DNA of 64,000 nucleotides from Gemmatimonadales bacterium (GCA_037189525.1 JBBCJC010000003.1:96001-160000); one strand, 5' to 3'. Numbered from the stretch's first letter, positions 42,034 to 52,069 are shown. The notes: generated by a model from the letters alone, not told the origin. Numbers and translations are program-made.

Positions 42034-42252
42034 TCAGAGACGCCGGGTGACCGTGTCGTCGAATTCCTCGAATTCCTTGAGCTGGCGACGGGCGTCGTCG
42101 CGCGCGAGGCCGTACTGCTCCTGCAGCAGACCGGCAAGCTGATCCCACTTGCCTTCGAGCTGGTCGAGCTGATCGTCGGTGAGCTTGCCCCATTTCTCTT
42201 TGATGCGACCCTTGACCTGGGTCCAGCGGCCTTCGATGCGATCCTTGTTCAT
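42034..42252 (-). CDS. CsbD family stress protein
   Basis: MNKDRIEGRWTQVKGRIKEKWGKLTDD..LEGKWDQLAGLLQEQYG. Confidence 0.9.
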   Translation of the reverse strand: MNKDRIEGRWTQVKGRIKEKWGKLTDDQLDQLEGKWDQLAGLLQEQYGLARDDARRQLKEFEEFDDTVTRRL

Positions 42253-42397
42253 CTGATCCTCCGTAGGAAGAGTGAGACGACAAAGGCGCGAACACGCCCC
42301 CACCGGAGCGATATTCGCGCCTTCTACCTGAGGGCCCGCCTGCGGCCCCTCGATCAGGCGTGGAGTGTTTTTAGCCGGCTGCTGCTACCGTTGCCGG

Positions 42398-43276
42398 CTA
42401 TGTAAGAGTAGACGAGGAACCATTGGAGGAGTGCACACCGTCGGCGGCGTGGATGGGACTGAGGACCGGTCGCTTGGCGCGAATGCCGTCACCCGAAGAT
42501 CTGCCTCGGGCGTGTCGCCAGATCCAGGGCAGGAGATGGCGGCGCACCCAAGCGACTTCGCCCGCTACGCGTGCGCGAATCCCGGCCGGCGGCTGGTCCG
42601 GTAGTGGTGCTGCCCAGCTGCCGGAAGTGCCGGGCAGGTCGATGGCCTGGGCCAGCGCTTCCGCGATCCGGGCATGACCCAGAGCATTGGCGTGGAGTCG
42701 GTCATCGCTCCAGAGCCGCGGGTCTGAAGCAACGGGATGAATCGCCAGATCGACGAGACGGGCGCCACTCCGCGCCGACGCCGCTCGCAGCACCTGATTG
42801 AGCGTTTCGACCCGCGCGGTGATGAAGCGGGCAATCGGCATCACGGGGCTCAGGTCCGGCAACGTAAACGTCAGCACTGTCGCGCCCTGCTGGACCAGAG
42901 CCCGTTGCATGAACTCGACGTCTTCACCAACCCGGTCCGGGTCGAACCCGCGCGCGACGACATCGTTCGTCCCGGTAAACAGCGTAGCCAGGTCCGGTTG
43001 CATGGCCAGCGCCGGATCGAGTTGCTGCTCGCGAATCTGCCGGGTGCGCCGCCCGCGAACGGCCAGGTTGGCATAGAGGACGCTGCCTTGAGCTGCCGCC
43101 ACGTGCTCGGCCAGGCGATTGGCCCAGCCCCGATATCCGCCGTTGTGGTCGGGATCGTCGAGCCCCTCCGTCGAGCTGTCGCCGATGGCCACGTAGCGCG
43201 CGAACCGGCGTGGACTATCGATGCGAGACGGGGGCGGCGCGTGCGGAGACGATTGGTCGGAGGCAGGGACATGCAT
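42398..43276 (-). CDS. SGNH/GDSL hydrolase
   Basis: AIGDSSTEG, NLAVRG, GTND, DRLHAN. Confidence 0.88.
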   Translation of the reverse strand: MHVPASDQSSPHAPPPSRIDSPRRFARYVAIGDSSTEGLDDPDHNGGYRGWANRLAEHVAAAQGSVLYANLAVRGRRTRQIREQQLDPALAMQPDLATLFTGTNDVVARGFDPDRVGEDVEFMQRALVQQGATVLTFTLPDLSPVMPIARFITARVETLNQVLRAASARSGARLVDLAIHPVASDPRLWSDDRLHANALGHARIAEALAQAIDLPGTSGSWAAPLPDQPPAGIRARVAGEVAWVRRHLLPWIWRHARGRSSGDGIRAKRPVLSPIHAADGVHSSNGSSSTLT

Positions 43277-43300
43277 GGCAGAACAAAGATAGTCGCGAGG

Positions 43301-44569
43301 TCAGCCGGCAGTAGCGAGGAACTGCGCGATGGTCTCGTACGCGTGCTCCAACTCCGCCGGGGTGACGCAGTAAGGAGGTAAGAGATAGACCACGTTGCCG
43401 AGCGGCCGGAGAAAGACACCGGCATCGAAGGCAAACGAAGCAAGCCTCGCGCCGATCGGGTCGAGATAATTCCCGCCTCCAGCCAGGTCGAAGGCCGCCG
43501 CGGTACCGAGGAGCCGCGGCCGGCTCACGCCGGGAGCGGAGGCGATTCGGGCAAGCCCGGTACGATGGGCGGTCTCGATCATGGCCCGCCGATCGTCGCA
43601 TTCGTCGTCGAGCAGCGCCAGGCTGGCTCTGGCAGCTGCGCAGGAAATCGGGTTGGCGGTGAAGGAGTGCCCATGAAAAAACGTCTTGTGCCGGTCGCTA
43701 CTCCGGAACACGTCGAAGATCTCTTCGCGCACCGCGGTGATACCGAGCGGGAGGAAGCCCCCTGTCAGTCCCTTGGAGAGACAGATGAGATCGGGCTCGA
43801 CCTCCGATGACGCGAAGAGTGGCCCGGTGCGGCCGAAGCCCGTCAACACTTCGTCGGCAATCAGCGGAATACCGTGCTCGCGGGTTGCCGCGCGTATGGC
43901 GCGTAGCGTGTCGACCGGCCAGATTCGCATTCCGCTCGCTCCCATCAGGAGCGGCTCGACGATGACGCCGGCCACGTCGCGGCCACGCTCCTCCAGCAGG
44001 CGCTCGAGCGCGCCGGCCGTGTCACCCTCGGTGGGGTCGGGCAGGCGGACGATTTCGAACAGATGGTTGGCAAAGGGCGACGTGAAGAGACCGGTGCCGC
44101 TCGCGCTCATCGCTCCGAAGGTGTCGCCGTGGTACGCGTTGTCCAGCGCGACGATCAGACGTCTCGGTTCCCCCCGGTTCCACCACAGCTGGAGGACCAT
44201 CTTGAGGGCCACTTCCACCGCGGTCGATCCGTTATCGGAGTAGAAGATCCGGGACAGCCCGTTCGGAAGGCGCGCAACGAGTTCTGCCGCCAGGCGGCTG
44301 GCCGGTTCGTGCGTGAATCCGGCAAAGATCACCTGCTCGAGCGTCCGCGCCTGCTCCGCAACGGCCTCCGCGATGACCGGATGGGCGTGACCATGCAAGG
44401 TGACCCACCACGATGAAATCGCATCGAGGTATCGCTGCCCGTTCGCGTCGTGGAGATAAGCGCCCGACGCGCTCACGATCGGGCGCACCGGCGCGGCGAG
44501 GCCATGCTGCGTGTACGGATGCCAGACGTGGGTCTGGTCGAGGGCGAGCCAGTCTGGAGACGTCGTCAT
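43301..44569 (-). CDS. bioA: Adenosylmethionine-8-amino-7-oxononanoate transaminase
   Basis: WHPYTQ, DAISSWWVTLHGH, DEVLTGFGRTG, SKGLTGG, HGHSFTANP. Confidence 0.95.
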   Translation of the reverse strand: MTTSPDWLALDQTHVWHPYTQHGLAAPVRPIVSASGAYLHDANGQRYLDAISSWWVTLHGHAHPVIAEAVAEQARTLEQVIFAGFTHEPASRLAAELVARLPNGLSRIFYSDNGSTAVEVALKMVLQLWWNRGEPRRLIVALDNAYHGDTFGAMSASGTGLFTSPFANHLFEIVRLPDPTEGDTAGALERLLEERGRDVAGVIVEPLLMGASGMRIWPVDTLRAIRAATREHGIPLIADEVLTGFGRTGPLFASSEVEPDLICLSKGLTGGFLPLGITAVREEIFDVFRSSDRHKTFFHGHSFTANPISCAAARASLALLDDECDDRRAMIETAHRTGLARIASAPGVSRPRLLGTAAAFDLAGGGNYLDPIGARLASFAFDAGVFLRPLGNVVYLLPPYCVTPAELEHAYETIAQFLATAG

Positions 44570-45750
44570 CCGGAACTCCGAAGGGCACTGTCCAGGGCGG
44601 TGAGAAGACCGTCGATGTCGCGGTCGGTGTGCGCGGCGGAGACCGTGATCCGGAGCCGCGAGCCGCCGGTCGGTACGCTGGGAGGACGAATCGCGCCGAC
44701 CAGATAACCGCGTTCCAACAGGGCATTGCCAACCGCCACCGTCCGGGCGGGGTCGCCCAGGATGATGGGAACGATATAACCCGGCCCATCCACCGCCGGA
44801 ATCAGACCAAGCCGCGCCAAACCGTTGCGCAGGTATCGTGCTGCCTGCAGCAGGCGAGTTCGCAGGTCCGGCTCCTCCGCGGCAACCATAAGCGCTGCCA
44901 GCGTTGCCGCACAGAGCGCCGGCGGTGTGCCGGTGGAGAAAATGAACGACCGCACCCGGTTGAGCAGGTGGGTCCGAAGCGTTTGCGATCCGGCCGCGAA
45001 CGCGCCCGAGGTGCCCAAGGCCTTGCCGAGCGTCCCGACCGTGATGTCGATCGATCCGGTCACACCCCAGTGCTCGGCCGAGCCGTTTCCGTTGGCGCCA
45101 AGTACTCCGGTGGCGTGGGCGTCATCGAGATAAATGGCCGCGTCGAACTGCTCGGCGAGCGGAACCAGTTCGGCGAGGGGATAGAGGTCGCCGTCCATCG
45201 AGAAAACGCCTTCGACGACGATCAGGCTGCGCCGGAAGTTGCCCCGGTCGGCCGCGAGCTGCCGTTCGAGGGCGTTCAGATCGCAGTGCGGCATGATCCG
45301 CGTCGTTGCCCGTGCCAACCGGCAGCCGTCGACGATCGAGGCGTGATTGAGCTCGTCCGAATAGATCACGTCATCGCGTTCCGCGATGGCCGGTATGATG
45401 CCGGCGTTGGCGGCGAATCCCGTGGCAAACAAGAGGGCGGATTCGGCGCCCTTGAGGCGGGCGAGTGCCGCTTCGAGTTGTTCATGCAGGACGTGGTTGC
45501 CGCCGAGACTGCGCGATGCGGTCGCGCCGAAGTGTGGCTCGGCCAGGGCGGCGCGCGCGGCGGCTGCGATTCGCGGATCGGTGGCCAGCCCGAGATAGTC
45601 GTTCGACGAGAAGTCGATCAGCGACTGGCCCGCGATCCGAATCGAGACGCCGTCGCGATGTTCGATCGTCCGGAGCTGCCGCAGCATTCCGTGTTGTCGC
45701 AGCCCATCGAGGTCGCTCTGGAGAGATCGATCGAACCGCGCGTTCGTCAT
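44566..45750 (-). CDS. bioF: 8-amino-7-oxononanoate synthase
   Basis: FSSNDYLGL, NHASIVDG, FSMDGD, DDAHA, GTLGKALG. Confidence 0.95.
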   Translation of the reverse strand: MTNARFDRSLQSDLDGLRQHGMLRQLRTIEHRDGVSIRIAGQSLIDFSSNDYLGLATDPRIAAAARAALAEPHFGATASRSLGGNHVLHEQLEAALARLKGAESALLFATGFAANAGIIPAIAERDDVIYSDELNHASIVDGCRLARATTRIMPHCDLNALERQLAADRGNFRRSLIVVEGVFSMDGDLYPLAELVPLAEQFDAAIYLDDAHATGVLGANGNGSAEHWGVTGSIDITVGTLGKALGTSGAFAAGSQTLRTHLLNRVRSFIFSTGTPPALCAATLAALMVAAEEPDLRTRLLQAARYLRNGLARLGLIPAVDGPGYIVPIILGDPARTVAVGNALLERGYLVGAIRPPSVPTGGSRLRITVSAAHTDRDIDGLLTALDSALRSSG

Positions 45751-46418
45751 CCGGGGAACCAGGGCATCAGGGCGTCGAGCGTTGCCGTTTCGATTTCGCC
45801 GGGCGCAAAGTAACGGAGCGCAACTATCGGAGTTGCCGGCAACAGCCGCGTAAGAGCGGCCTGGTTCGATCCGGCCGATTGATCGCTGTCGTTCAGGTCG
45901 GACATCACGATGCCGGCGACGGGCACGCCGGCCGTGCCGAGCGCCGAGACGGTGAGCAGGGTGTGGCTCAGGCAGCCCAGCCGGTTGGCGGCGACCACCA
46001 GGGCGGACGCGCCTAACGCGCGGGCCAGGTCGAGATAAGTCCAGTCCCAGGCCGGGGGTGAGAGCAGGCCGCCCGCGCCTTCGAGCAGAACAATCTCGGT
46101 GTCGCGGCCGAGCTGGCGGATCTCGTCGATCAGATCGGGAAGATGGGCCGGATGGCCTTCGAGGTCGGCCGCGACGGCTGGAGTCACGGCGGCGCGGTAG
46201 CGTCGCAACGCACTGGTCGGGCGGGCTTGCCCCGTGGCGCGGGCAATCCGTACCCCATCCTCCGAGGCGTCAGGCGCCTCGGCCGGGCATCCGCTCTCGA
46301 TCGGCTTGATCGCGACGACTCGGCGTCCCGCAGCGGCGAGGCTTCGACCGAGGGCGGCCGTCACCACGGTCTTGCCGACACCGGTGTCGGTTCCCGTGAT
46401 GACGACGAAATGCGGCAT
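45747..46418 (-). CDS. bioD: Dethiobiotin synthase
   Basis: ITGTDTGVGKT, KPIESG, EGAGG. Confidence 0.93.
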   Translation of the reverse strand: MPHFVVITGTDTGVGKTVVTAALGRSLAAAGRRVVAIKPIESGCPAEAPDASEDGVRIARATGQARPTSALRRYRAAVTPAVAADLEGHPAHLPDLIDEIRQLGRDTEIVLLEGAGGLLSPPAWDWTYLDLARALGASALVVAANRLGCLSHTLLTVSALGTAGVPVAGIVMSDLNDSDQSAGSNQAALTRLLPATPIVALRYFAPGEIETATLDALMPWFPG

Positions 46419-46426
46419 TGCCGCCG

Positions 46427-47407
46427 TCAGACCACCGACAGCGCGGCTACCGTGAAGCCAGCCGCCTGGATCATCTGCAGGTCCGCTTCCCACCCGGCGC
46501 CCGGCGTGGTAAGGTAGCCGTCGATGAACATCGAGTTGGCCGGCAGCAAGGCGCGGTGTTGCTGGTCGCGCAGGTTGACCTCGCGCCCGCCGGCCACCCG
46601 GATGTCCCGCGTCGGATTGACGAAACGCATCATGGCCAGCGCACGCAGGCAATCCTCCGGCGCCAGACGATCGACGTCGGCGAGCGGGGTGCCGGGCCGC
46701 GGGTTGAGGAAGTTGACCGGGATCGACTCCACCTCGAGCGCCCGCAGTTCGAGCGCGAGGGCGACCCGGTCGTCGATCGTTTCGCCCATGCCCATGATGC
46801 CGCCGCAGCAAGCTTCCATGCCGGCCTGCCGAGCGCGCTTGACGGTGGTGACCCGGTCTTCGAAATCGTGCGTCGAGCAGATTTCCGGGTAAAACCGCCG
46901 GGACGATTCGAGATTGTGATTGAATCGGTCGACCCCGGCTGCTGCGAGCCGGTCGGCCTGATGCTGCTCGAGCAACCCGAGCGATGCGCAGACCTTGATA
47001 TTGAGTTCCGCCTTGATCTGGCGGGTCGCCTCGCAGATGACGTCCAGCTCCCGCTCGGCCGGCCCGCGGGTGCTGGTGACCATGCAGTATTTGACGGCGC
47101 CCCGACGATGCGCCTCGCGCGCGCCGGACACCAGGTCGTCGACCGTCTGCAGCTTGTATCGTTCGACCGGCGATGCGTTGGTGACGGACTGGCTGCAGAA
47201 GGCGCAATCTTCGGGACAGAGGCCGCTCTTGGCGTTGCGCAGGACGTGTACCCGCACCTCGCGTCCGTAGTAGCGTTCACGCAGGCGAAACGACGCCTGT
47301 AACAGGTCTTCGAGTTGCTCGTTGGACGAGGTCAGAATGGCCCGCGCGTCGTCGGCGCTAGCTTCGGAACCGTCGAGGATGCGGTCGGCGAGTTGGTCCC
47401 AGCTCAT
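46427..47407 (-). CDS. bioB: Biotin synthase (radical SAM)
   Basis: CPEDCAFCSQS, FNHNLE, CCGGIMGMGE, IPVNFL, AGGRE. Confidence 0.95.
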   Translation of the reverse strand: MSWDQLADRILDGSEASADDARAILTSSNEQLEDLLQASFRLRERYYGREVRVHVLRNAKSGLCPEDCAFCSQSVTNASPVERYKLQTVDDLVSGAREAHRRGAVKYCMVTSTRGPAERELDVICEATRQIKAELNIKVCASLGLLEQHQADRLAAAGVDRFNHNLESSRRFYPEICSTHDFEDRVTTVKRARQAGMEACCGGIMGMGETIDDRVALALELRALEVESIPVNFLNPRPGTPLADVDRLAPEDCLRALAMMRFVNPTRDIRVAGGREVNLRDQQHRALLPANSMFIDGYLTTPGAGWEADLQMIQAAGFTVAALSVV

Positions 47408-47534
47408 GTCAGATCGAACCTTTCGAGTCCAGTGCCCGTCTCGTCGATTCCGTTCCTCGTACGCGACGGTGTCGAGGATGCCGGAGATCCGGGGCAAGAC
47501 GGGTCGGAATGTACACCGGAGTAGCGCCGAACGA

Positions 47535-48404
47535 CTACGGGCGCCGAGGATCGAACGACTGTCCCGGGAGGAGGACATGGAGGGTGACACCGCGAGCGCC
47601 CAGCCGTGCATCGGGATCGGCGGCGGTCGTGGCTCGTCTCGCGTCGTAGACCGAGATGGAACTGGCGCCACGTACCGTCCACCGGCCTTCGGGGCCGACC
47701 TCGAGCGCCGTGCCCTCGTCGATCCCGACGCCGATCAGGGTCGGCCGCTCGAGCACCGCGCTCAGGAGCCGATTGTGTCGTTCTCTCCGATGGAAATGCT
47801 GGTCGACGATGGTGCCGGGCAGGAAGCCAAGGCCGGGAACGATTTCGATCGAGCCGGCGACCACGGCGGGGTAGGTGTCGCCATAATATCCCAGACTGTC
47901 GGCGCGACGCTGGTTGCCGGTCAGCATCGAGTCGCTCATGATCGCGGCACCGGCGCTGGTCCCGCCGATGACCGCGCCAGCTTCGTAGCGGGCGGCCAGG
48001 GCATCGCGAAGCGGGGTCCCGGCGATCACGGCGGTGATCAGCACCTGGTCGCCGCCGGTAAACCAGATGCCGCTGGCCGAATCGAGTTGCCGGCCATACT
48101 CGGCCTGGCCGGCCTCCGCCCGGGTGGGGGTGAGGACCCATGCCTTGGCCCCGAACTCCCGCAGCTGTTCGGCCTTTTCGAGCCCCGACACCTCCGAGCC
48201 CGACGCCAGGGGAATCACCGCGATCCTGGCCTGGCCGGGGCCGCCCGCCAGTTCGACGAATCGGGCCACCAGCTCGTCGGGCTGTGCGCCCCCGCCTACG
48301 ATGAAGAGGTGTCCGGTCAGTGGGGTGGGATCGCCGCCTCGGGAACTGCAGGCGGCCAGGAGCCCGATGACGGTGAACAGAGTCGCCCAGCGGCCAGGTT
48401 CCAT
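47535..48404 (-). CDS. Cyanophycinase (peptidase S51), lipoprotein
   Basis: LAAC lipobox, IVGGG, FTGGDQ, GTSAGA, DQHF..RER..R, GIDE. Confidence 0.88.
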   Translation of the reverse strand: MEPGRWATLFTVIGLLAACSSRGGDPTPLTGHLFIVGGGAQPDELVARFVELAGGPGQARIAVIPLASGSEVSGLEKAEQLREFGAKAWVLTPTRAEAGQAEYGRQLDSASGIWFTGGDQVLITAVIAGTPLRDALAARYEAGAVIGGTSAGAAIMSDSMLTGNQRRADSLGYYGDTYPAVVAGSIEIVPGLGFLPGTIVDQHFHRRERHNRLLSAVLERPTLIGVGIDEGTALEVGPEGRWTVRGASSISVYDARRATTAADPDARLGARGVTLHVLLPGQSFDPRRP

Positions 48405-48528
48405 GAAGATATCGTAGGGTCGGGAGGACGGGGCCGTCAAGGAGGGCCGGCGGGGATTGCCAGCGTCGAGCCCCTCGCAATACTATGCCGGAACGGTCGG
48501 CTCACGATCATCCGAGGAAACGGAAGGT

Positions 48529-49560
48529 ATGGACTACAGGCTGCTGGGCGGTTCCGGCCTCAAGGTGCCGGTCCTGAGCATGGGGACGGCGACGTTTGGT
48601 GGGCAGGGAGATTTCTTCCGCGGGTTCGGCGAGACGGAGGTCGACGAGGCCATTCGCATGGTCGATATCTGTCTCGGCGCCGGTCTCAACCTCTTCGATA
48701 CGGCCAACACCTATTCGGCCGGCCGGTCGGAGGAAATGCTCGGTCGCGCCATTGCTGGGAGGCGCAATCGGGTCCTGATCTCCACCAAGGCATCCTTCCG
48801 TCTGGGCGACGGGCCGAACGACGTGGGATCGTCCCGTTTCCATTTGATTGCTTCATGCGAAGCAAGCTTGCGCCGGCTGGGCACCGACTATATCGACATC
48901 TATCACCTCCACGGCTTCGACGCGCTGACGCCGGTCGAGGAAACGTTACGTGCTTTGGATGACCTGGTGCGCAGCGGGAAGGTGCGCTACATCGCCTGTT
49001 CGAACTTTTCGGGCTGGCACCTGATGAAATCGCTCGCGGTGTCGGACCGGTACGGGTGGGCGCGCTATGTGGCCCATCAGGTCTATTACTCGCTGGTGGG
49101 CCGAAGCTACGAGTGGGAGCTGATGCCGCTGGCGCTGGATCAGAAGGTCGGCGGGATCGTCTGGAGTCCGCTTGGATGGGCCCGGCTGACAGGCAAGCTG
49201 CGCAGAGGGCAGCCGCAGCCGGAAGTGACCCGGACCCGGTCGCGCGCCACCATGGCCGGTGCTCCCCCGGTCGACGATGAATATCTCTACGGTGTGGTCG
49301 ACGCCATTGATGAGATTGCGGCCGAAACCGGGAAAACCGTCCCGCAGATTGCCATCAACTGGCTGCTCCAGCGCCCGACCGTGGCGACCGTGATCATCGG
49401 CGCGCGCACCGAAGCGCAACTGGAGCACAATCTCGGCGCCATCGGCTGGAATCTGACCGCCGACCAGGTGGCTCGGCTCGACGCGGCGAGTGCAACGCCG
49501 CTCGCCTATCCGTACTTCCATCAGCGAGGCTATGTCGAGCGGAATCCGCCGCCGGTGTAG
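48529..49560 (+). CDS. Aldo/keto reductase
   Basis: LSMGT, FDTANTYS, SLRRLGTDYIDIY, GKVRYIACSN, WSPL. Confidence 0.93.
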   Translation: MDYRLLGGSGLKVPVLSMGTATFGGQGDFFRGFGETEVDEAIRMVDICLGAGLNLFDTANTYSAGRSEEMLGRAIAGRRNRVLISTKASFRLGDGPNDVGSSRFHLIASCEASLRRLGTDYIDIYHLHGFDALTPVEETLRALDDLVRSGKVRYIACSNFSGWHLMKSLAVSDRYGWARYVAHQVYYSLVGRSYEWELMPLALDQKVGGIVWSPLGWARLTGKLRRGQPQPEVTRTRSRATMAGAPPVDDEYLYGVVDAIDEIAAETGKTVPQIAINWLLQRPTVATVIIGARTEAQLEHNLGAIGWNLTADQVARLDAASATPLAYPYFHQRGYVERNPPPV

Positions 49561-49569
49561 TCAGCGCGA

Positions 49570-49599
49570 TTGACAAGGGAAAGCCCGGGACAGTAACCT
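49570..49599 (+). promoter_or_regulatory. Sigma70 promoter for tRNA-Ala
   Basis: TTGACA-18 nt-TAACCT followed by a GC-rich discriminator. Confidence 0.7.
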
Positions 49600-49632
49600 T
49601 CCCCCCGTCGGCGCCCGCAGTCTGCGCCGCGC

Positions 49633-49705
49633 GGGGCCTTAGCTCAGTTGGGAGAGCGATTGCTTTGCAAGCAATAGGTCGCCGGTTCGATCCCGGCAGG
49701 CTCCA
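49633..49705 (+). tRNA. tRNA-Ala (TGC), CCA not encoded
   Basis: Cloverleaf: acceptor GGGGCCT/AGGCTCC with G3:U70, D arm TAGCTCAGTTGGGAGAGC, anticodon arm ATTGC-TTTGCAA-GCAAT, T loop GGTTCGATCC. Confidence 0.96.
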
Positions 49706-50126
49706 TTCCATCGTTCGATTCCCGCCCTCAATTCTGTGTTCATCATCTTCCTGCTTCAGCCATCGGGCTGGGGCATTCGGCAATCCGTTCATTCGGGTGT
49801 AGATTGCGATGTTGCCCGGTTTTGGAACCTCGCTGTCGCCCTGCATTGCGACCTCGGCGTATTCCAGCAAGCTGGGCAGGTTCTTCCCAAGGTCTGATCG
49901 GCCAACGCTGCGCCCCCGCTGACCGTTCCTCGTCATGCGGGACTCCCGTCGGGTGAGCCCCAGGATCGTTCCCCGAACGGTGTGCCGGCGAAGTCAATTT
50001 TCGGTGATTGCTCGGTTTTCTCGTCGCGGCACCGCGCCCGGCGAGGCCAACATCGCGCGGGTCCGGCCCACGGTCGGGCAGCAGGGCGTGTTCACGGTCG
50101 ATCAGGACTTCACCGCGGGAGGAATC

Positions 50127-50690
50127 ATGCGAAAGTGGACGATCGGGTTGGTGCTGCTCATGAGCAGCGGTCTCATCGGCTGCGCCAAACAATCGGCCGA
50201 GAAGGCCATCGCGAAGGCAGAGCAGGATCTCGCCGCGCTCCGGCCCGAAGCGGAGAAGGTGGCGCCGACCGAACTGGCGGGCCTGGCCGATAGCATTGCG
50301 GCCATGAAGACGCGTGCTGCCTCGGGCGATTACGCGGCTGCGGCGATGGGAGCCCGCAACCTCGGGCTCTCGGTTCGGGACCTCCGCGCCAATCTCAACA
50401 CCCGCCGCCAGCAGTTGACTACCGGGTTTACGGCCACCTCGGACGAACTCCCCGGACAATTGGATGCAGTGGTCGCTCGAGTCGCCGAACTCGGGGCGAT
50501 GCGGCGCCTGCCGGAGGGAATCGACCAGGCCCGCTTCAACACGCTGAAAGCCGAGGCGCCGACCTGGAAGGACACCTGGGCGGCCGCCAAACAGGCCTTC
50601 GACAATGGCAACCTCGCCGAAGCCATGGCGTCGGCCACCCGCCTCAAGAACAAGGTGGCAGATGCCCGCCGCCTGTTGTCGATGACCTGA
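50127..50690 (+). CDS. Hypothetical helical lipoprotein
   Basis: GGAGG RBS, LIGC lipobox, Ala-rich helical body. Confidence 0.75.
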   Translation: MRKWTIGLVLLMSSGLIGCAKQSAEKAIAKAEQDLAALRPEAEKVAPTELAGLADSIAAMKTRAASGDYAAAAMGARNLGLSVRDLRANLNTRRQQLTTGFTATSDELPGQLDAVVARVAELGAMRRLPEGIDQARFNTLKAEAPTWKDTWAAAKQAFDNGNLAEAMASATRLKNKVADARRLLSMT

Positions 50691-50824
50691 ACCCCGGACG
50701 GCGGGGACGAGGGGCGAACTACCGTCGCATAACGCGACGGTAGCCCGCTCGGGCCGGAATTGCTAAGTTATTGAAATTGCTGTGTTTGATTCCGTCGGCT
50801 CGCAGCTTGCGTAGGGTCTCGGAC

Positions 50825-51328
50825 ATGCCAAGGGACGTATCAGGTCTGGGCGCCGGTCGGCTGCCCGGTTCGCGTGCTCGTACGGGCGGGAACCGCGGCT
50901 TCACGCTGATCGAACTTCTCACCGTCGTCGTCGTCCTCGGAGCGCTCGCCTCGTTTGCCGTGGCCCGGACGCAGTACACCGTGGACCAGGCCAAGATCGC
51001 GCGCGCCATAGGGGATATCCGTGCATTGGCCATCGACGCCCAGGGGTATCAGGCGTCGTCGACCAACAACTCCCCTCCGGCGTCGCTGGCGGCGATCGAT
51101 CGGGCCGGCATCCTCGATCCCTGGGGACGGCCCTACGTGTACGTACCGCTCACGTCGGGCGGGACGCCCCGCACGGATGTCTTTGGCGTCGAACTCAACA
51201 CGCAGTACGACATCTACAGCGTGGGTAAAGACGGCGCCACCTCCACCTCGATCACGTCGGGGCCTGGCCTCGACGACATCGTTCTCGGCAACGACGGCGG
51301 CTTCATCGGCCGCGCTTCGAGGTATTGA
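50825..51328 (+). CDS. Prepilin-type N-methylation domain protein (GspG-like pseudopilin)
   Basis: RGFTLIELLTVVVVLG, DPWGRPYVY, YDIYSVGKDG. Confidence 0.88.
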   Translation: MPRDVSGLGAGRLPGSRARTGGNRGFTLIELLTVVVVLGALASFAVARTQYTVDQAKIARAIGDIRALAIDAQGYQASSTNNSPPASLAAIDRAGILDPWGRPYVYVPLTSGGTPRTDVFGVELNTQYDIYSVGKDGATSTSITSGPGLDDIVLGNDGGFIGRASRY

Positions 51329-51948
51329 TGACCAATCCCCCCGCCGGTGGTTCGCCGTCCGGAGTCGAGGACCCGGGATACGTCACCGGCATTGCCGATG
51401 GCAATCTGGCAACGCCCGTCCGCCTCCGTGACTATCTCACTGGCGTCGGCGTCGTGTTCCGGTTGCCCAAGCGCAACCGGAAGAAGGAGAAGGCCGCGGA
51501 AGCCAAGGCGGAGGCCGATCGCGAGGCTCGCCGCCTCAATCTGCCGATTGGTCTCATCGTCCGCGTCGTGGCCGCTGTCGGCGTCGGCGCCATTGCGCTG
51601 ACGGCGTATCAACGGTTTGTCCGCAGCATTCCTCTGCCCGCCGAAGTGGCCGGCACCTGGTCGACTTCCGATGGCCGGTACGCCGGCCGCAGCTTCTGGC
51701 TCAACCAGACGTCGGTGGCTTTCCAGAACGGCGCCGTGAACACCCAGTTCTCGGTGCATCCGATTTCCCGGATCCAGCGCAACGAAGTCGCCGACACCCT
51801 GTTCTTGACGATCGACTACGAGCAGGAAGGGCAGGCGGTCGTCCTGTCGGTGGCCTATCAGGCTCAGCCGGTGCCCCAGATCCGGCTGGTCAATCAGCCG
51901 GGAGTGCGCTGGTTCCGAAGCGGTAACGCGCCCGCCATCTCTCAATAG
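51325..51948 (+). CDS. Hypothetical single-TM protein
   Basis: ORF coupled to the pseudopilin gene; one TM helix. Confidence 0.65.
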   Translation: MMTNPPAGGSPSGVEDPGYVTGIADGNLATPVRLRDYLTGVGVVFRLPKRNRKKEKAAEAKAEADREARRLNLPIGLIVRVVAAVGVGAIALTAYQRFVRSIPLPAEVAGTWSTSDGRYAGRSFWLNQTSVAFQNGAVNTQFSVHPISRIQRNEVADTLFLTIDYEQEGQAVVLSVAYQAQPVPQIRLVNQPGVRWFRSGNAPAISQ

Positions 51949-52069
51949 CTCGCCCGCGTCTGGTTCGGGACGCGCTTCCCCGGTTGCATCACCTGATCCG
52001 GGGCCACAAGTTGTGGATTGCCCTGCGGCCCAATGGCCGCCCGTGTTCCACGCTTGCCCCGGCTTCCCC

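Noticed and set aside
47408..47534. BirA operator or riboswitch upstream of bioB
   Set aside because: No convincing palindrome or known aptamer consensus was seen.
49706..50126. Genomic island integrated at tRNA-Ala
   Set aside because: No integrase follows, and no duplicated tRNA 3' end was seen in the window.
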